Shown: positions 13,168 through 24,998 of the stretch, in pieces
How the letters are laid out: every line of letters begins with the position of its first letter
Numbering within the stretch: the stretch's first letter is position 1
From: Microbotryum violaceum
Taxonomy: Eukaryota
Assembly (NCBI GenBank): GCA_001244265.2
Contig: CDLV01000010.1
Coordinates: 682,001-746,000, forward strand
Reading direction: 5' to 3'
Length of the DNA: 64,000 nt
Made by a program: the position numbers and the translations under genes
Notes under the pieces: model-generated
What the model saw: only the letters and a program-made list of their open reading frames with translations
Told to the model about the DNA's origin: nothing
Databases searched by the model: none

Positions 13168-13465
13168 TAGTAGTAATATCAATGTTGAGACCATCGCCAA
13201 TTTTCCAAGCTCGCGCGCCGGAATTCTTGTTGAACAAACCTTCAGCTCACTAGTGGAGAGCTTCAGGGATTACATAATTCATCGAGCAAGAGCTCGAGGC
13301 TGCCGGGAACGGCCGGCAATGCCGAAACTCGGCGAGGACGTCTAGACTTTGAGTCGGTCATTGGTCACGCCGAACCCCACACCGACCCAGTAGTGAGTCA
13401 GACCTGGCCCAACTTAACTACGTCACCGATTCCGATTCGTCGGTGGCCACGAAGGTGAAACTTCG

Positions 13466-15752
13466 ATGATGACTACTGCGAACCCAACGAGCGACCATGA
13501 CGCCCACGTGGCGGTGGAGAACTTGTCGTCGATTTCGTTGGCCGAGTCCAACCCCGCGACGTGGGAAGGCAAGGACGAGCTCATGGCCATAGAGGAAGGC
13601 GCAGCAGCGCTGGCGGTTCCGACGGACTTCGTGGAGGGAGGTTTACGCGGCTATTTGAACGTGTTCGGGGCATGGCTCACTCTCATCATCACTTTGTGAG
13701 TACGGTGAGCCTGGGCCCCGGTCCCTCCGCGACCCGCGTCCAGAGGGGGCCGCGGCTGACTCGTCACGGGTTATAGCGGTTATAATGCCGGCTTTGGCGC
13801 TCTGCAAGACTACTACAAGGCGAACCAATATTCAAACAAGTCTTCCTCAGATATTGCATGGATGTGAGTGGTTCATTACGGACGGCTTCGGTCGCTTCCG
13901 TGAATTGACGCGGTCCCTCCACCTCCACTTGCGTCGTCACGGGCTCACAGCGGCTCGATACAGCTTTGGTGCCTTTTCACCATGAGCCTTGTCAGCGGGA
14001 TACTATACGATAAGGTGAATTTGATCAAACGCAAGGCGGTGATGATCATGTGAAAAGTGACAATGCGCCGCTGATCTTTCGGACTCCGTCTATCGGACAC
14101 GCGTCGCCACGGCCTTGCCTTGCTCTTCCTTGCGTTTGTGATGCAGGGTTACTTCCAGTACATTATGGGAGGCGGGTCGGTTCTTTTAGTGTTCTGCCTA
14201 TTCATGGTATCCTTGTGCAAACAGTTTTGGCAGACCATCCTTGCCCAAGGTCAGTGCTTCATCACGAGCAAAGTCTATCTCAGCCAGCTGACATGATTTG
14301 ATCCTTCGAAACAGGCTTCGGCATGGGGATTGCGATGGGATTTATGTTTCTGCCCTCGATCTCGGTCCTGTCCCAAAACTGGAAGCGTAGACGTGCCTTC
14401 GCTATGGGATTCGCCGTGACGGGCTCAAGCATTGGAGGTATGTCGCGCCGCTTCTACGACTAAGGAAAGATTTTTTCTCTTGAGACGCGTCGCTGATGAC
14501 CACGGTGACGTAGGTGTGATCTTCCCCATCATGATCAACAGTCTTCTCGCGAAGAAGGCGTTTGGCGAGGCCATCCGAGACACCGCCTACTTGGTCTTGG
14601 GTTGCTCTGTCGCCATCAATTTGCTGATGCGTGCCAGTCCGCCACCGCCCAAGCCCCCAGGTGCGGCCAAAGTCCAACCCCTCAAGTTCTTCCGAGAACC
14701 ACGCTTCACACTCGCCACAACAGGAGCTTTATTTGTCGCGATGGGCCTATTTGTCCCGCTCTTTTACATCCAGGTGAGTAAACAGAAAGGAGCACAAGCG
14801 AAGAGCGCGTGCGCACAACGCACGGAGCTCCTTGACCGCTCGTCGCGCCTGTCAATTTGATCCATGCCCTGAGACACGCCAGCTTGGCTCATCCTAATGC
14901 ATGTCCATACCCTGTCTACTAGTACTTCTTGACTATCAAGGGTGTTGACCCTACCATCACGACATATTCGCTCGCAATTCTCAACGCCGCTTCCGTTTTC
15001 GGACGAACGATCCCGAACGCGATCGCCGACCGCGTCGGCCCTTTCAACATGTTGCTGCCGACGGTGACGTTGAGTGGGGCTTGCGTTTTCATCATGTTTT
15101 TCGCGAGCTCTTCGGCGGGTGCAATCATGTTCGTATTGCTCTATGGATTCTTGAGCGGAGCCTACGTCAGTCTCGTAGGGCCTGCTTTTGCCTCGACGTG
15201 AGTCGTTTGGGCAACGGGTGCATAATTGGGCCCGATGGTGTGGGAAAAGTTTGCTCATTGTGTTTTCGCTGTCTCTCACGCAGTGCAACGCATCCCTCGG
15301 AGATAGGGTGAGCCCGAACCGGGGTGTAATTGGCACCACAGATCGAGGTAATCGCTGACCGGCCGCTGCGTGTAGAGTTCGAATGGGCTTGCCTTTCGTC
15401 TTCATCGGCGCCGCTGCCCTCATCGTGAGTCTCCGCAGCCTGGCTCCATAGACGTGTCTGATGCTAGCCTCGGCTCACGATCTCAATCCAATCTCTTCTT
15501 TACAGGGTTCTCCAATCGCCGGTCAATTAGTAATTCGGACACCCACGACCTTTACCGCGCCTGTTGTCTTCGCCGGTGAGTTCGGAGGCGGTACTCGATC
15601 GGCTGTGCTTTCGCGTTCGCGATCGGTAGTACTGATCCCGCTGTGTGTGCTTGATCCACGTGTCTATAGGCTGCTCCATGCTCTTCGGGGCCAGTGTTTT
15701 GTTGTTTGCCCGGCGGGCGCAAGCCAAGGTCAAGGGTTCACGGAGGATTTAA
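13466..15752 (+). CDS. MFS transporter, monocarboxylate permease (Mch/MCH5-like), many introns
   Basis: EGGLRGYLNVFGAW, GYNAGFGALQDYY, KRRAFAMGFAVTGSSIGG, LAILNAASVFGRTIPNAIADRVGPFN, GSPIAG. Stop TAA at 15750-15752. Confidence 0.9.
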
Positions 15753-16155
15753 TCTTGGGCTCTCGGATAGATCATGTGAGGTCAGGTCGGCCAGCTAGCG
15801 AGGGATTGGGGAACGATTGTTGTACAATTCTTTGAAAACTCAGGACGTCCCGGGAACGGTAACCAGCCTGGTTCTTATTGACTCCCAAAGGTGCTGTTAT
15901 TGCGCACACCAGAAAACAGCGTATCACGGGATCGGCATCGCAAGCTCTTGGAAGACGCGGGCCCGAATCAGTCACTGAAGACGTTTTATGTTTTTACGTA
16001 AAGACGGTTTTCCACCACTGCTGCAGGTTGGACGGAATGTCTGGAGACTCGAGCGAGGCAAACAGACAGAGCCATCGGCGCTACAAATTATGTATAGGTA
16101 CACATCGACACAGGCACATCACGCAAGACCGAGACGGATGCCAGCGGCCTGGCAT

Positions 16156-16635
16156 TTAGTACCTGCGAAGGGCACACAATCAAGCATGTCCACATCAACT
16201 GCCAGATCGAAACCGGAGCCAAAGGTGCGGTCACTCACTTGAGAATGATGTATAGCGCGTGGACGATACCGGGGATGTAACCGAGGATGGTCAAGATGAC
16301 GTTGATCCAAAAGTCGGCGTTGCAGCCTCTGAACAAGATGAATTACCAGGGTAAGGGGAGAGCAGTTCGAGGTGTTCAGCAACCGATGCTCCTGATTGCA
16401 TTCGAGTGAGCAGCGTCACAGTGGCCCCACCATCTGACTCACCGCTCGAGGAATACACCCAAGGGAGGGAGGAAGATAGCAAGGATGATCTGGAGAGGAG
16501 AAAGGGCAGGTACAAGAGGGCAAACGCGATGTCAGCAATCGAGCGCGAAGCTAGTGTTGATGATCGTCGCTCGCCCGAGGGACGACCGAAGGGAGCTGGA
16601 CGTACCTTGCAGATGTCAGAAGCGGTGAAGGGCAT
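16156..16635 (-). CDS. PMP3: Plasma membrane proteolipid 3 (UPF0057)
   Basis: Spliced product MPFTASDICK|IILAIFLPPLGVFLER|GCNADFWINVILTILGYIPGIVHALYIILK|Y*. Three GT-AG introns; the last coding exon is 7 nt. Confidence 0.93.
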
Positions 16636-17661
16636 CGCGGAGGAGTTGTTAGGGCAGAGAGATTGATGAGATGTGACTTGACTACATTCGGCAGGCGGAC
16701 GAGATGATAGGTGGCGAGTCGGTGGTGGTGGGACCGGGTGGAACAAGGAGCAAGAGTGAAACAGGACGCAAGGGATGCGCGAGGATTTGCGCGAGGATTT
16801 GCAAGGCGCCGCGAAGCAAGCGTGAGTCCGATGACGGCGACGGATCAACGTGAGAGCGAGGGACAAGCACGACGACCGTCGGCAACACAGTGGCACAATA
16901 AGGGAACAAGGGAGAGAGGATATCAGTAGTGCTTCAGCTGCAAGCTTTCGAGGCGTCGAGGTACTCACAGCGATGGCGGTGTGCAGCGTGTGAGTGGGAC
17001 AAGGGTAAGAGCAGGAAGGAGGGAGGAGCAGCGTCTCGGGCCGTCACCGGTTGAAGCTTTGAAGCCCGAACAGGCGCGGGATACGAGGGAAGCACAGCCA
17101 CGATGACCTGACGTCATGAGGATCCGTGGTGGCCATTAGCCTGTTCAGTGTTTAGCCTTGTGATCCACTGACTTTCAAAGGTGCTCGCTTCTCTTGTCTC
17201 GGGTGCTAGTACTAATAGCAGGTGCCCACACCGAGCAAACGCTTTGCTGCGACAGAAAGGGACGGGGCAATTTCGTGATGTAGTGCCACTACTGGCGTGG
17301 GCCCGCGCAACGCCCCACCGAAATATTCCGGCGTCTTCGCAGGCCGGCCGGGGGGGACTTAAACCAACCCACTTCACTTGCAGCGACTCAAGCGAATGTT
17401 AACGGGCTTTGAAAAACGGACTACATCAGAGAGACATACTACTTACAACTGTGAAGTCCCGAGTCAATGAGGTTTCGCACACCACTGTTCTCGCCGGGCT
17501 GTACTTTTTTCAATGGATCCGAGGCTCGGCGATGCTTGGTCACGTGCTTGCCGCTTCCGCCACAGTCCGCCACCTGCCCTCACACGTACGGCCGGTGGCC
17601 GCTTGGCCTGGGCGTCGATCTCTTCCGCGTCGAGTGCGGCTCGGTCGAGTCTGGTCGAGGT

Positions 17662-20518
17662 ATGCAACGCCCGACGACACGACCGACTCGGAATCAACGA
17701 CGGCCATTCCCGTCGATTTCACTTGTGGCCATCTACTCGACCCGCTCCGACCTGCCCCCGCTTCCGCCGAGCGAGCATGGCCCCCACCGGGACGATGATG
17801 CCCGGCGAGAGGCAGCCAAGGTGCTCTTCTTCTCCTCGGCCCAGACCGACCTGCCTCCAGAGAGGAAGGCGAGGTTGATGGGCACCGTGTTTGGAATGGC
17901 TGACTTTGTCAGGTACGTCCGTTCCTTGCCCTCGTGTTCTTGTGGTCACCATCGGCCGACTGCTGAGCGCTTCGAAGCATATTTGTTCGTACCAAGAATG
18001 TTCGACATGGGGTCCGCATCCACGCTACAATCGGTGCATTCGCAACGTCAGCGTATGGTCTGGCTTCAGGTTGAGCCACAGCTCTTTTTCCATGCGGTAG
18101 GTCTGGACTCGAGCAAGGAGTGCCGTCATTAAGCAGCTCGGGAACCAAGTCCTTGACCGCGGGCCTGGCCCACCATCACGCTCGCACAGACGATCGAACT
18201 ACCTCGAGCACCGCGCCAAAGTAATGCTAGACCTCGCTCATCAGCATTCGACGCTTCGACCCCTTCGGCGGTCGATCAACCGCCACCGCTTAACGATGAT
18301 TCGGTACGCGCCGCGCTGGCATCAGCGTACCGAAAATATCGCCTCCAACACGGTTCGGTCACCAGAAGACTGTACATGGAAGGAAGACACAACACCATGA
18401 AAGAGCTCGAATCTTTCTGGGCCCCCTGGCTCGCGTCCTGGAACATTGCGACAGTTGATTCCGGCGCGTTCAAGCAGGTCGTGCAGTGTTCGTTTGCGAC
18501 ACAGACCGTTTGCCGGTCTCGAGTGTGTCCGACGCTGCCCCTGACTCTTCATGTCACCTTTGCACAGCCCTACCACAGTCAACTTATGCTACAGTCTCAA
18601 ATTCAGCTCAGATTGCACCTCTGTTCTCGCAGTTCTCGGCGTCGTGTCCTTCGATCGTGCCGATCCTTCTCCATCAAGCCTCGGTCTTGTATCTGCCTCC
18701 GGCAAAAGTTGACACGGAACAGTGGTCGAACACTTCGATCCCCAGCAATCGGATAGCCTTATCAAGCTCCTCGGACGCGCCTCCCATGACCAATTCGGAT
18801 TTGCTCGCTCTCGTCGACTTTTTGTGTCAGCAACGCGCCGATCTGAGACGGGCCACTCCACCTTCACCGAGCCGAGCCGACCCTCCCCCCGCTCCAAAAA
18901 CGCATCCAAGCTCTACACCGCTGTCACCTACGCAGTCCAACGCAGTCACGAAATCCGGCGAAGCGAGTGAGATGACGAACAAGTGGGCTTCTTACTACTC
19001 CCTCGGGACCCTCTCCGCGCCGTCGATGCCGACCATCCCACGACCGACGCTTTCTTCAATTCCAATGCCTTCGATGCCCACGCTATCGATGCCTTCGATG
19101 CCGAATTTTCCGGGGATGTCCAACATAAGTTCTTCCCCCTCGGGGCCGTTGGCGTCGTCCGAAGTCGCGCCATCTTCGTCGCCGAACTGGAGTGGGCTGC
19201 GGAACGTCGGTTGGGGAACGATCGGCCTCGGACCCAAGCGCTCGAAGGAGAAGGGGAAAGTAACCAAGAGCGAAACGGCGTCGTCTTCAGAGACTCCTAT
19301 TCCTCCTGTTGCGAGCACGATTCCGTCCGCAGACGCTGTCCCGGTCGAGGACACGTCATATCCTCCTCCCGCGCAGAACATGCCAACTCCAGAATTAGCT
19401 TCTATCGAAGCAGCCGTTTTGCCAGCATGCACGCCAGAGCTGTTGACTCCGGCAGTAGAGACCCGCCCGGACGTCGACTCGACCGCTCTAGCTGAGGCAA
19501 TGGATCTTTCGCACCCTAGCACTGCGGTTGGAAAGGAGGACGGCTCAATAATGGAGGGCCAGATTCGGACGAGGCCGACGGACGAGCCAGACAAGCCCAG
19601 GGATAGTCCCGTTTTTGAGGGGGTGCAGAACGGCCGGATTGACCTTGCCCGATCGGGAGAGCCCGAGAGGGACGTCCAACGAGGTAAAGTGGACGAGATC
19701 GTACGCCCTCAGCCACCTCCTTTGCTTCACCTGTTCTGCGGCCCGGACAATGTGGCAGAAGATGCTGCACTCGAAGTCAGGCTCTTTGAGGTTCGTGCCC
19801 TGGTTAACAACACCTGTCTGATCTTGAACTGACTTTCTTGAACTCTCTCTTCCTGCCGTATGGTAGTGCGGCGATCTGACGCTTGCACTAGCCAGTCGGC
19901 CCCTGACGGATGAGGGGGAAACGCAACAACTCGGCACTCGAGCGTTCCGACTATTGGAAGCCATACAGACCATAGTGGGCTCCGACCCACCCAAAATTTT
20001 GTAAGCCGTATAATCTTCTTTCTTATTTCCTGCATCTTTTGACCTTCTCAGCTAATCCTGCTTGGCCTGGTGCCAGACCTTATTCATATCAATATTTCGT
20101 CCAGGCTGGATTGCTCTCCGTGTCGAAGCAGTGGCCATCATCAGAAGACAGTTGGTCAGGCAAGGCAATGATAGGAGATCACGACGTCGAAGGAGGACTG
20201 CTCGACTGCGTGAGGGGCGTTGTCCAGTGAGTCCAGTCCGGCTTGAAGGTACTCGTCCGGATCGCATGCGCTTAAGTTGTGCGCCTTGACCTTTTCTTCG
20301 CTTCCAGTGAGCCCATGGTGGTCGAATCGTGTGCACGATTGGCATCGTTGCAGTGGATCGTCAGTCGCCGAATCGAAGACATGACCTCAATGACCATCAT
20401 GGACGTATATGCCGTCTTGCCTGCGAATGTTCGCACCGGGTCCGACGGATCTTTGGTGGCCGCGAGCGAGGAGTTGAGGAGGTTAGAGCGCTCGTTTCCG
20501 AAAGGCTTGATCGAGTGA
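17662..20518 (+). CDS. CCZ1: Vacuolar fusion protein Ccz1 (longin-like; Mon1-Ccz1 GEF)
   Basis: N-terminal ISLVAIYS...EAAKVLFFSS...ERKARLMGTVFGMADF, then MVWLQVEPQLFFHA, AYRKYRLQHG, LESFWAPW. Last exon ESCARLASLQWIVSRR...SLVAASEELRRL ends at 20518. Confidence 0.75.
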
Positions 20519-20960
20519 CTGGCCGCGAGCGCGTTCTTGACGGGAGCAGTATTCATAACCGTTTTCTTTTTTCTTTTTCTTACGATGGACCCAAACGTTT
20601 TGTTGTAATCACCCACGGTTCGAACACCTCTGGAAAGAGCGTACACGACTTCACGTCCGAGCGGACCCTGTCACCGAACTTTTCGAGAATAAAAAATGTC
20701 GCATCTTTGCGGGATTCGAGTGACGGGCCAACGTGGCACGGTGACGGTGCGCGTCGTTGGGAAGATGGGCATTCGCGCTAAAGGCGTGTCTACTCCACCC
20801 CATCTTCTACCGGGTGCTCCTTGCACGCTTTCTGTTCGCCACTTTCTGCACTCGACAGCGGAGGCCGTTCAGTACTGAGACGCAGGCCATCCGACCATCT
20901 GACGACCATCCTAGCTTTGGTTTTGACGATCCACAAAGGCTCGACGAGCTCTCGGGGACG

Positions 20961-23900
20961 ATGGCCTCCGAATTGCTGATCGCCTCGCTGACGTCGACGA
21001 TGCCGAATCCCGTGTCGGTGCGACCTTCGATTGGCGCCCGCACGGCCTCGGCTCGCTCGCTGCCGAAATCGACCCATCCACGCATAACGATCGTGTTGCC
21101 GAGTGCAAGAATCCCGGACGAGATACGCCCCGGCGTGATCGAGCTGGCGAAGCATAGCGTCAGGGGCAACGTCAGCGTGCTCGGCGACGATGAAGCGGCG
21201 CCGAGCAGCGACGGCAGCCTCTACGTGTGGACCGTGGGGTGGGTTAAGTCTCCCTCGCCCAGGCTCGAGCTGCGAACCGAACAGTGAACTGCTAGGCGTG
21301 ACATTTCGTCACCGCTCACAGCGCTCCTCTTGCTCGTAGGACTGGAAGCTTTTCCAGGTGCTGATCTAGCTGTCTACAATTGCTCTCAGCTTTTGGCACG
21401 ACCCTTCGATCGGCGACAGGGGGATGCGTCTCGACTGCAACCTCGACGACTTTACGGCCACCGGGGGCGCGTTTGAGATAGAGATTAGCTACAATAGAAC
21501 CGTCGAGGGTGAGTCGCAGTGATATGCGGTATGCATTAAATTTATCTTGCGTCTGTCTCTCATCTGTTTCGTCCCCCTGCAGCCTTTCGAGGACTTGGAC
21601 ACGTCCTTGCCATCTCGCGAGGGTTGTCGACTTTCGATCAGCCTTTGTCCTCGTCGGCGGACTCTGATGCCGATCGCATGTCGCAATCCGACGCCGGATC
21701 GGGGATGAAGGACGTCCACGAGGGCCACCAAAGCGATGGAGTACGATGGTCAGGCAACGTCGGGTCCGACATTCGCCGCAGGGAGACCTGTCTCTTTGAA
21801 TCCGTCGGGTAAGACATTGTTGGGGAAGTGTGGGGGTGGGGCGAGGCGCCTGGACGAAACCATTGGACCTGACAAGCGTCTGTGCCTTTCGTTCCGGGGC
21901 AATTTTCACAGTGTCATGATCGACTGTTCGAGGAACGGTGTTCTCAAAGCCGATGCTGTCAAGTGGCTACTGCGGCATCTCGCTCTCATGGGGGTTAACG
22001 TCCTGCAGGTAAGTCAGCCTTTTCTGTGCAAGCCCGCGTCACCGCGGGCCCCTCACGCGTCAAAGACCCTAATCAAGCGGACGGTTACCGGATTGATAGC
22101 TGTACTGCGAGGACACGTACGAGATTGACGGGGAGCCATTTTTCGGCTATTTCCGAGGTGCGAACACATTTACTGCTCTGCGCCTCTTACACAACCGGGC
22201 CCCGCACAGTGCTGAGCTCTCTGTTCGTTGTTCCTTCCCTCCTTAGGACCATACACCGAGGCCGAACTCCGCGAGATCGATGACTACGCTTTTGTGCTCG
22301 GAATCGAAGTCATTGCGTGCATTCAGACGCTTGGCCATCTTGGTCAAATGCTCCAGTGGCCCAAGTATGGCAAACTACGCGACACGGCCGAAGTCTTGTT
22401 GGCCGAGTCGGGTGAGACGTATACGTTCATTGAGAAGGTGAGGGGCACCTCGTTTGGCTGGGTTCCCTCACAATCGCTTATACTTATGAGCCTGTACTAA
22501 ACCCTCCATGATCATGTTCATCATGAACCAGATGATTCAAGCCGTAACGAGGCCACTGCGATCGAAGCGGGTGCATATCGGTATGGACGAAGCCCATGGT
22601 GTTAGCGAGGGGCGCTACAGGCAGCTCTTTGGCTACAAGGAGTCGACAACCGTGGTGTGTGCCCACTGAACCACAATCTTTCCCCGTGTGTTTGATCGAC
22701 CTGACATTGCTGGTTTCAATACCAGTTCACCGACCATCTGCAAAAAGTTAACAGCATCTGCGTTGCGAATGGGCTCGCCCCCATGATCTGGAGTGACAGT
22801 CAGTCCCAACGTTTCGACTGTGGCAGGTCTGGTATGACTTATCGACTCTAAAATAATGTGTTTTCAGTGTTGTTCTGTCTCCCGGCCAAGAACAATGCGC
22901 TCTCGGGCTATTACGACCTCAATACTGTCGTGTCGGAGGAGCTGACTTCGTCCATCCCTGCCGAAATTTCAACCGTGTTCTGGGAGTTGAGTTGCTGCCC
23001 TACCTTCCCCCCAGTCAGGGTTCTCGGTGGACCACGAGCGCTGACAGGCCCCCACTGATCACCTCACAGTTATTATCATACCGACTCCAGACCTTACACG
23101 GCCAAAATCGCCCAACACTGGCAACTTGTCAACAAAGCGCCGTGGATGGCATCCGGGGTTTGGACGTGGTCACGATTCTGGACGGCGCTCCCTTTCACCT
23201 TTGCCACGGTTCGAGCCAGCATGAAGGCTTCGAAAAACCCAACCGCCGGCGTTACTGCGGTCATGACGACGATCTGGGGAGACGAAGGCAACGAATGCGA
23301 TCTCTACTCTGCTCTTCCGGGAATGCTGTACCAGGCCGAACATGCTTACACCCAGGCCGAAGAAGTCGACGCCGGGCTGCTGCGAAAAAAATTCGACGGC
23401 ATCGCAGGTGCAGACTTCGACGACTATGTCTTTGCCAGTAAGCTAGACGACACGCAGCCGGAAACACAGCCGATATCGATTAACACCCACTACACACCCA
23501 ACATCGCCAAGTTCCTTTTGTGGGAGGACCCTTTCTTCTCCTTCTTGTCGCCTCAGTATCGAGGCTACGATCTCGAGTCGCATTACTTGCACGTCGCGAC
23601 CTACCTTGAGCAAGCTCTGTCGTCCGACTTTAGCGCGATGACGACAATCGCGGTGCCCCATTCGGTCGACGATTTTCCCGCGAACAAACGCCTCCAACTC
23701 CCTTACCTGCTTGCTCGCATCTTGTCCCTCAAGTGCCATTTGCGAGAGCGCCTCGTCCACGCTTACCGACATGCGGATCATGTCGAGTTCACCGCGCTTG
23801 CCGGGCCGGCGAAAGAAAGTCGTCTCAGCCGGTTGCGAGCGCTGGTCAAAGAGTTGAAGAAGGTCCATAGGCGACATTGGTTCAGCCTTTACAAGCCTTT

Positions 23901-24291
23901 CGGGTGGGAGGTCCTAGATCTACGCTACGGTGGTCTGGAGGCTCGGTTGGAGACAATGCACGAGAGGTGAGTTTAGGCCTGATCAACTCGCGTTGGGCGT
24001 AGTTTACTATAGTACGCGAGAGGTAACTGACGCATGCCGACCATTTATGTCGATGTGAAAAAGGTTGATCGCCTACCTGGATCCGAGAGACAGTTCCGTG
24101 ACTCGTATCGAGGAACTCGAGGTCGAAAATGAGGTCGTGAGTGCTGCCGAGTCAGGCCTTTTGAAGAGGAGGAATCTCCTGGCCAGTTACTTACCCCTGT
24201 CGGTCCACGGATTCGATGGCAGGTGTTTGAGGGGCAGAGGCTCAACCTGATGCTCGACTATTCTCGAGCCTCCCGACCGCAATATGTCTGA
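20961..24291 (+). CDS. Glycoside hydrolase family 20, HexD/GcnA-like N-acetylhexosaminidase (no obvious signal peptide)
   Basis: VMIDCSRNGVL, LYCEDTYEI, YTEAELREIDDYAF, CIQTLGHLGQMLQW, catalytic HIGMDEAH, TIWGDEGNEC, KPFGWEVLDLRYGGL. Multi-exon gene. Confidence 0.9.
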
Positions 24292-24998
24292 GCGCCCACT
24301 GCGGTTCTCTGCACCCTCCTCCCCCCCCCCCCCCTCCCCCGCCCCCTAGTTTCGATGTAATCCCGGCACCTGTCGCACAACACTTTTCCTGCCCAACACC
24401 GGGCCCGAGGGCACGTGCCGTATTATTCACGCGCCTGAACTTTGTCGTCTGAATTGATTTGTACCGGCGAGGCTCTGTAGCTCCTTCTTCCCCTCGTATC
24501 CTCTGTTTACCATCCATGTGTCAACGATTTATCATCAACTGAGTACCGGTCTGTTCCGCTGATAATACTGACGATATGCGAGAGTGTGTTAAACTTGCGA
24601 AGACACGAAATCTTTTGGAAGCCCGGCAGGCCCGAGGCACGCGAGTAGACGCGCGTGGCTCAACGGTCAATTTGGCTCATCTGCTCTAGCTTGCCTTCCA
24701 CGCCTCTCCACGCATTGTCTTGTGTTGTGGTGAACTCAAGTCGCCATCAGTCGAACGCTCTTGATCACCTCCGGATACGCCCATTCGTCTACCTTCGGCT
24801 GCACTGTGCCTCGCGCGAGCAACCAAAACCTTGGCACGTCACTAGTAAGTCGCTTCGTTCGGGGGGTCGCAATCAACGGAGTCCGTCCGTCGTCAATATC
24901 GAAGAGCAGCATCTCGCATCGGCCCGAGGCTTTCGTTCGACCCCAACTGAGGCTCTGGTTTCGCAGCGGAAGTTGGCTGTTGAGTTCTACTACTCGAG

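Larger units (their letters stand above)
10070..13269 (-). mobile_element. 5' segment of Helitron-like element X (same family as 35190-37783), interrupted by two nested insertions
   Basis: 10103-10159 plus 10318-10516 align to 37315-37567. 13182-13272 aligns to 37708-37786. Both copies end in GAGCTTCAGGGA|TTA, i.e. a 5'-TC terminus after A on the minus strand. Confidence 0.65.
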
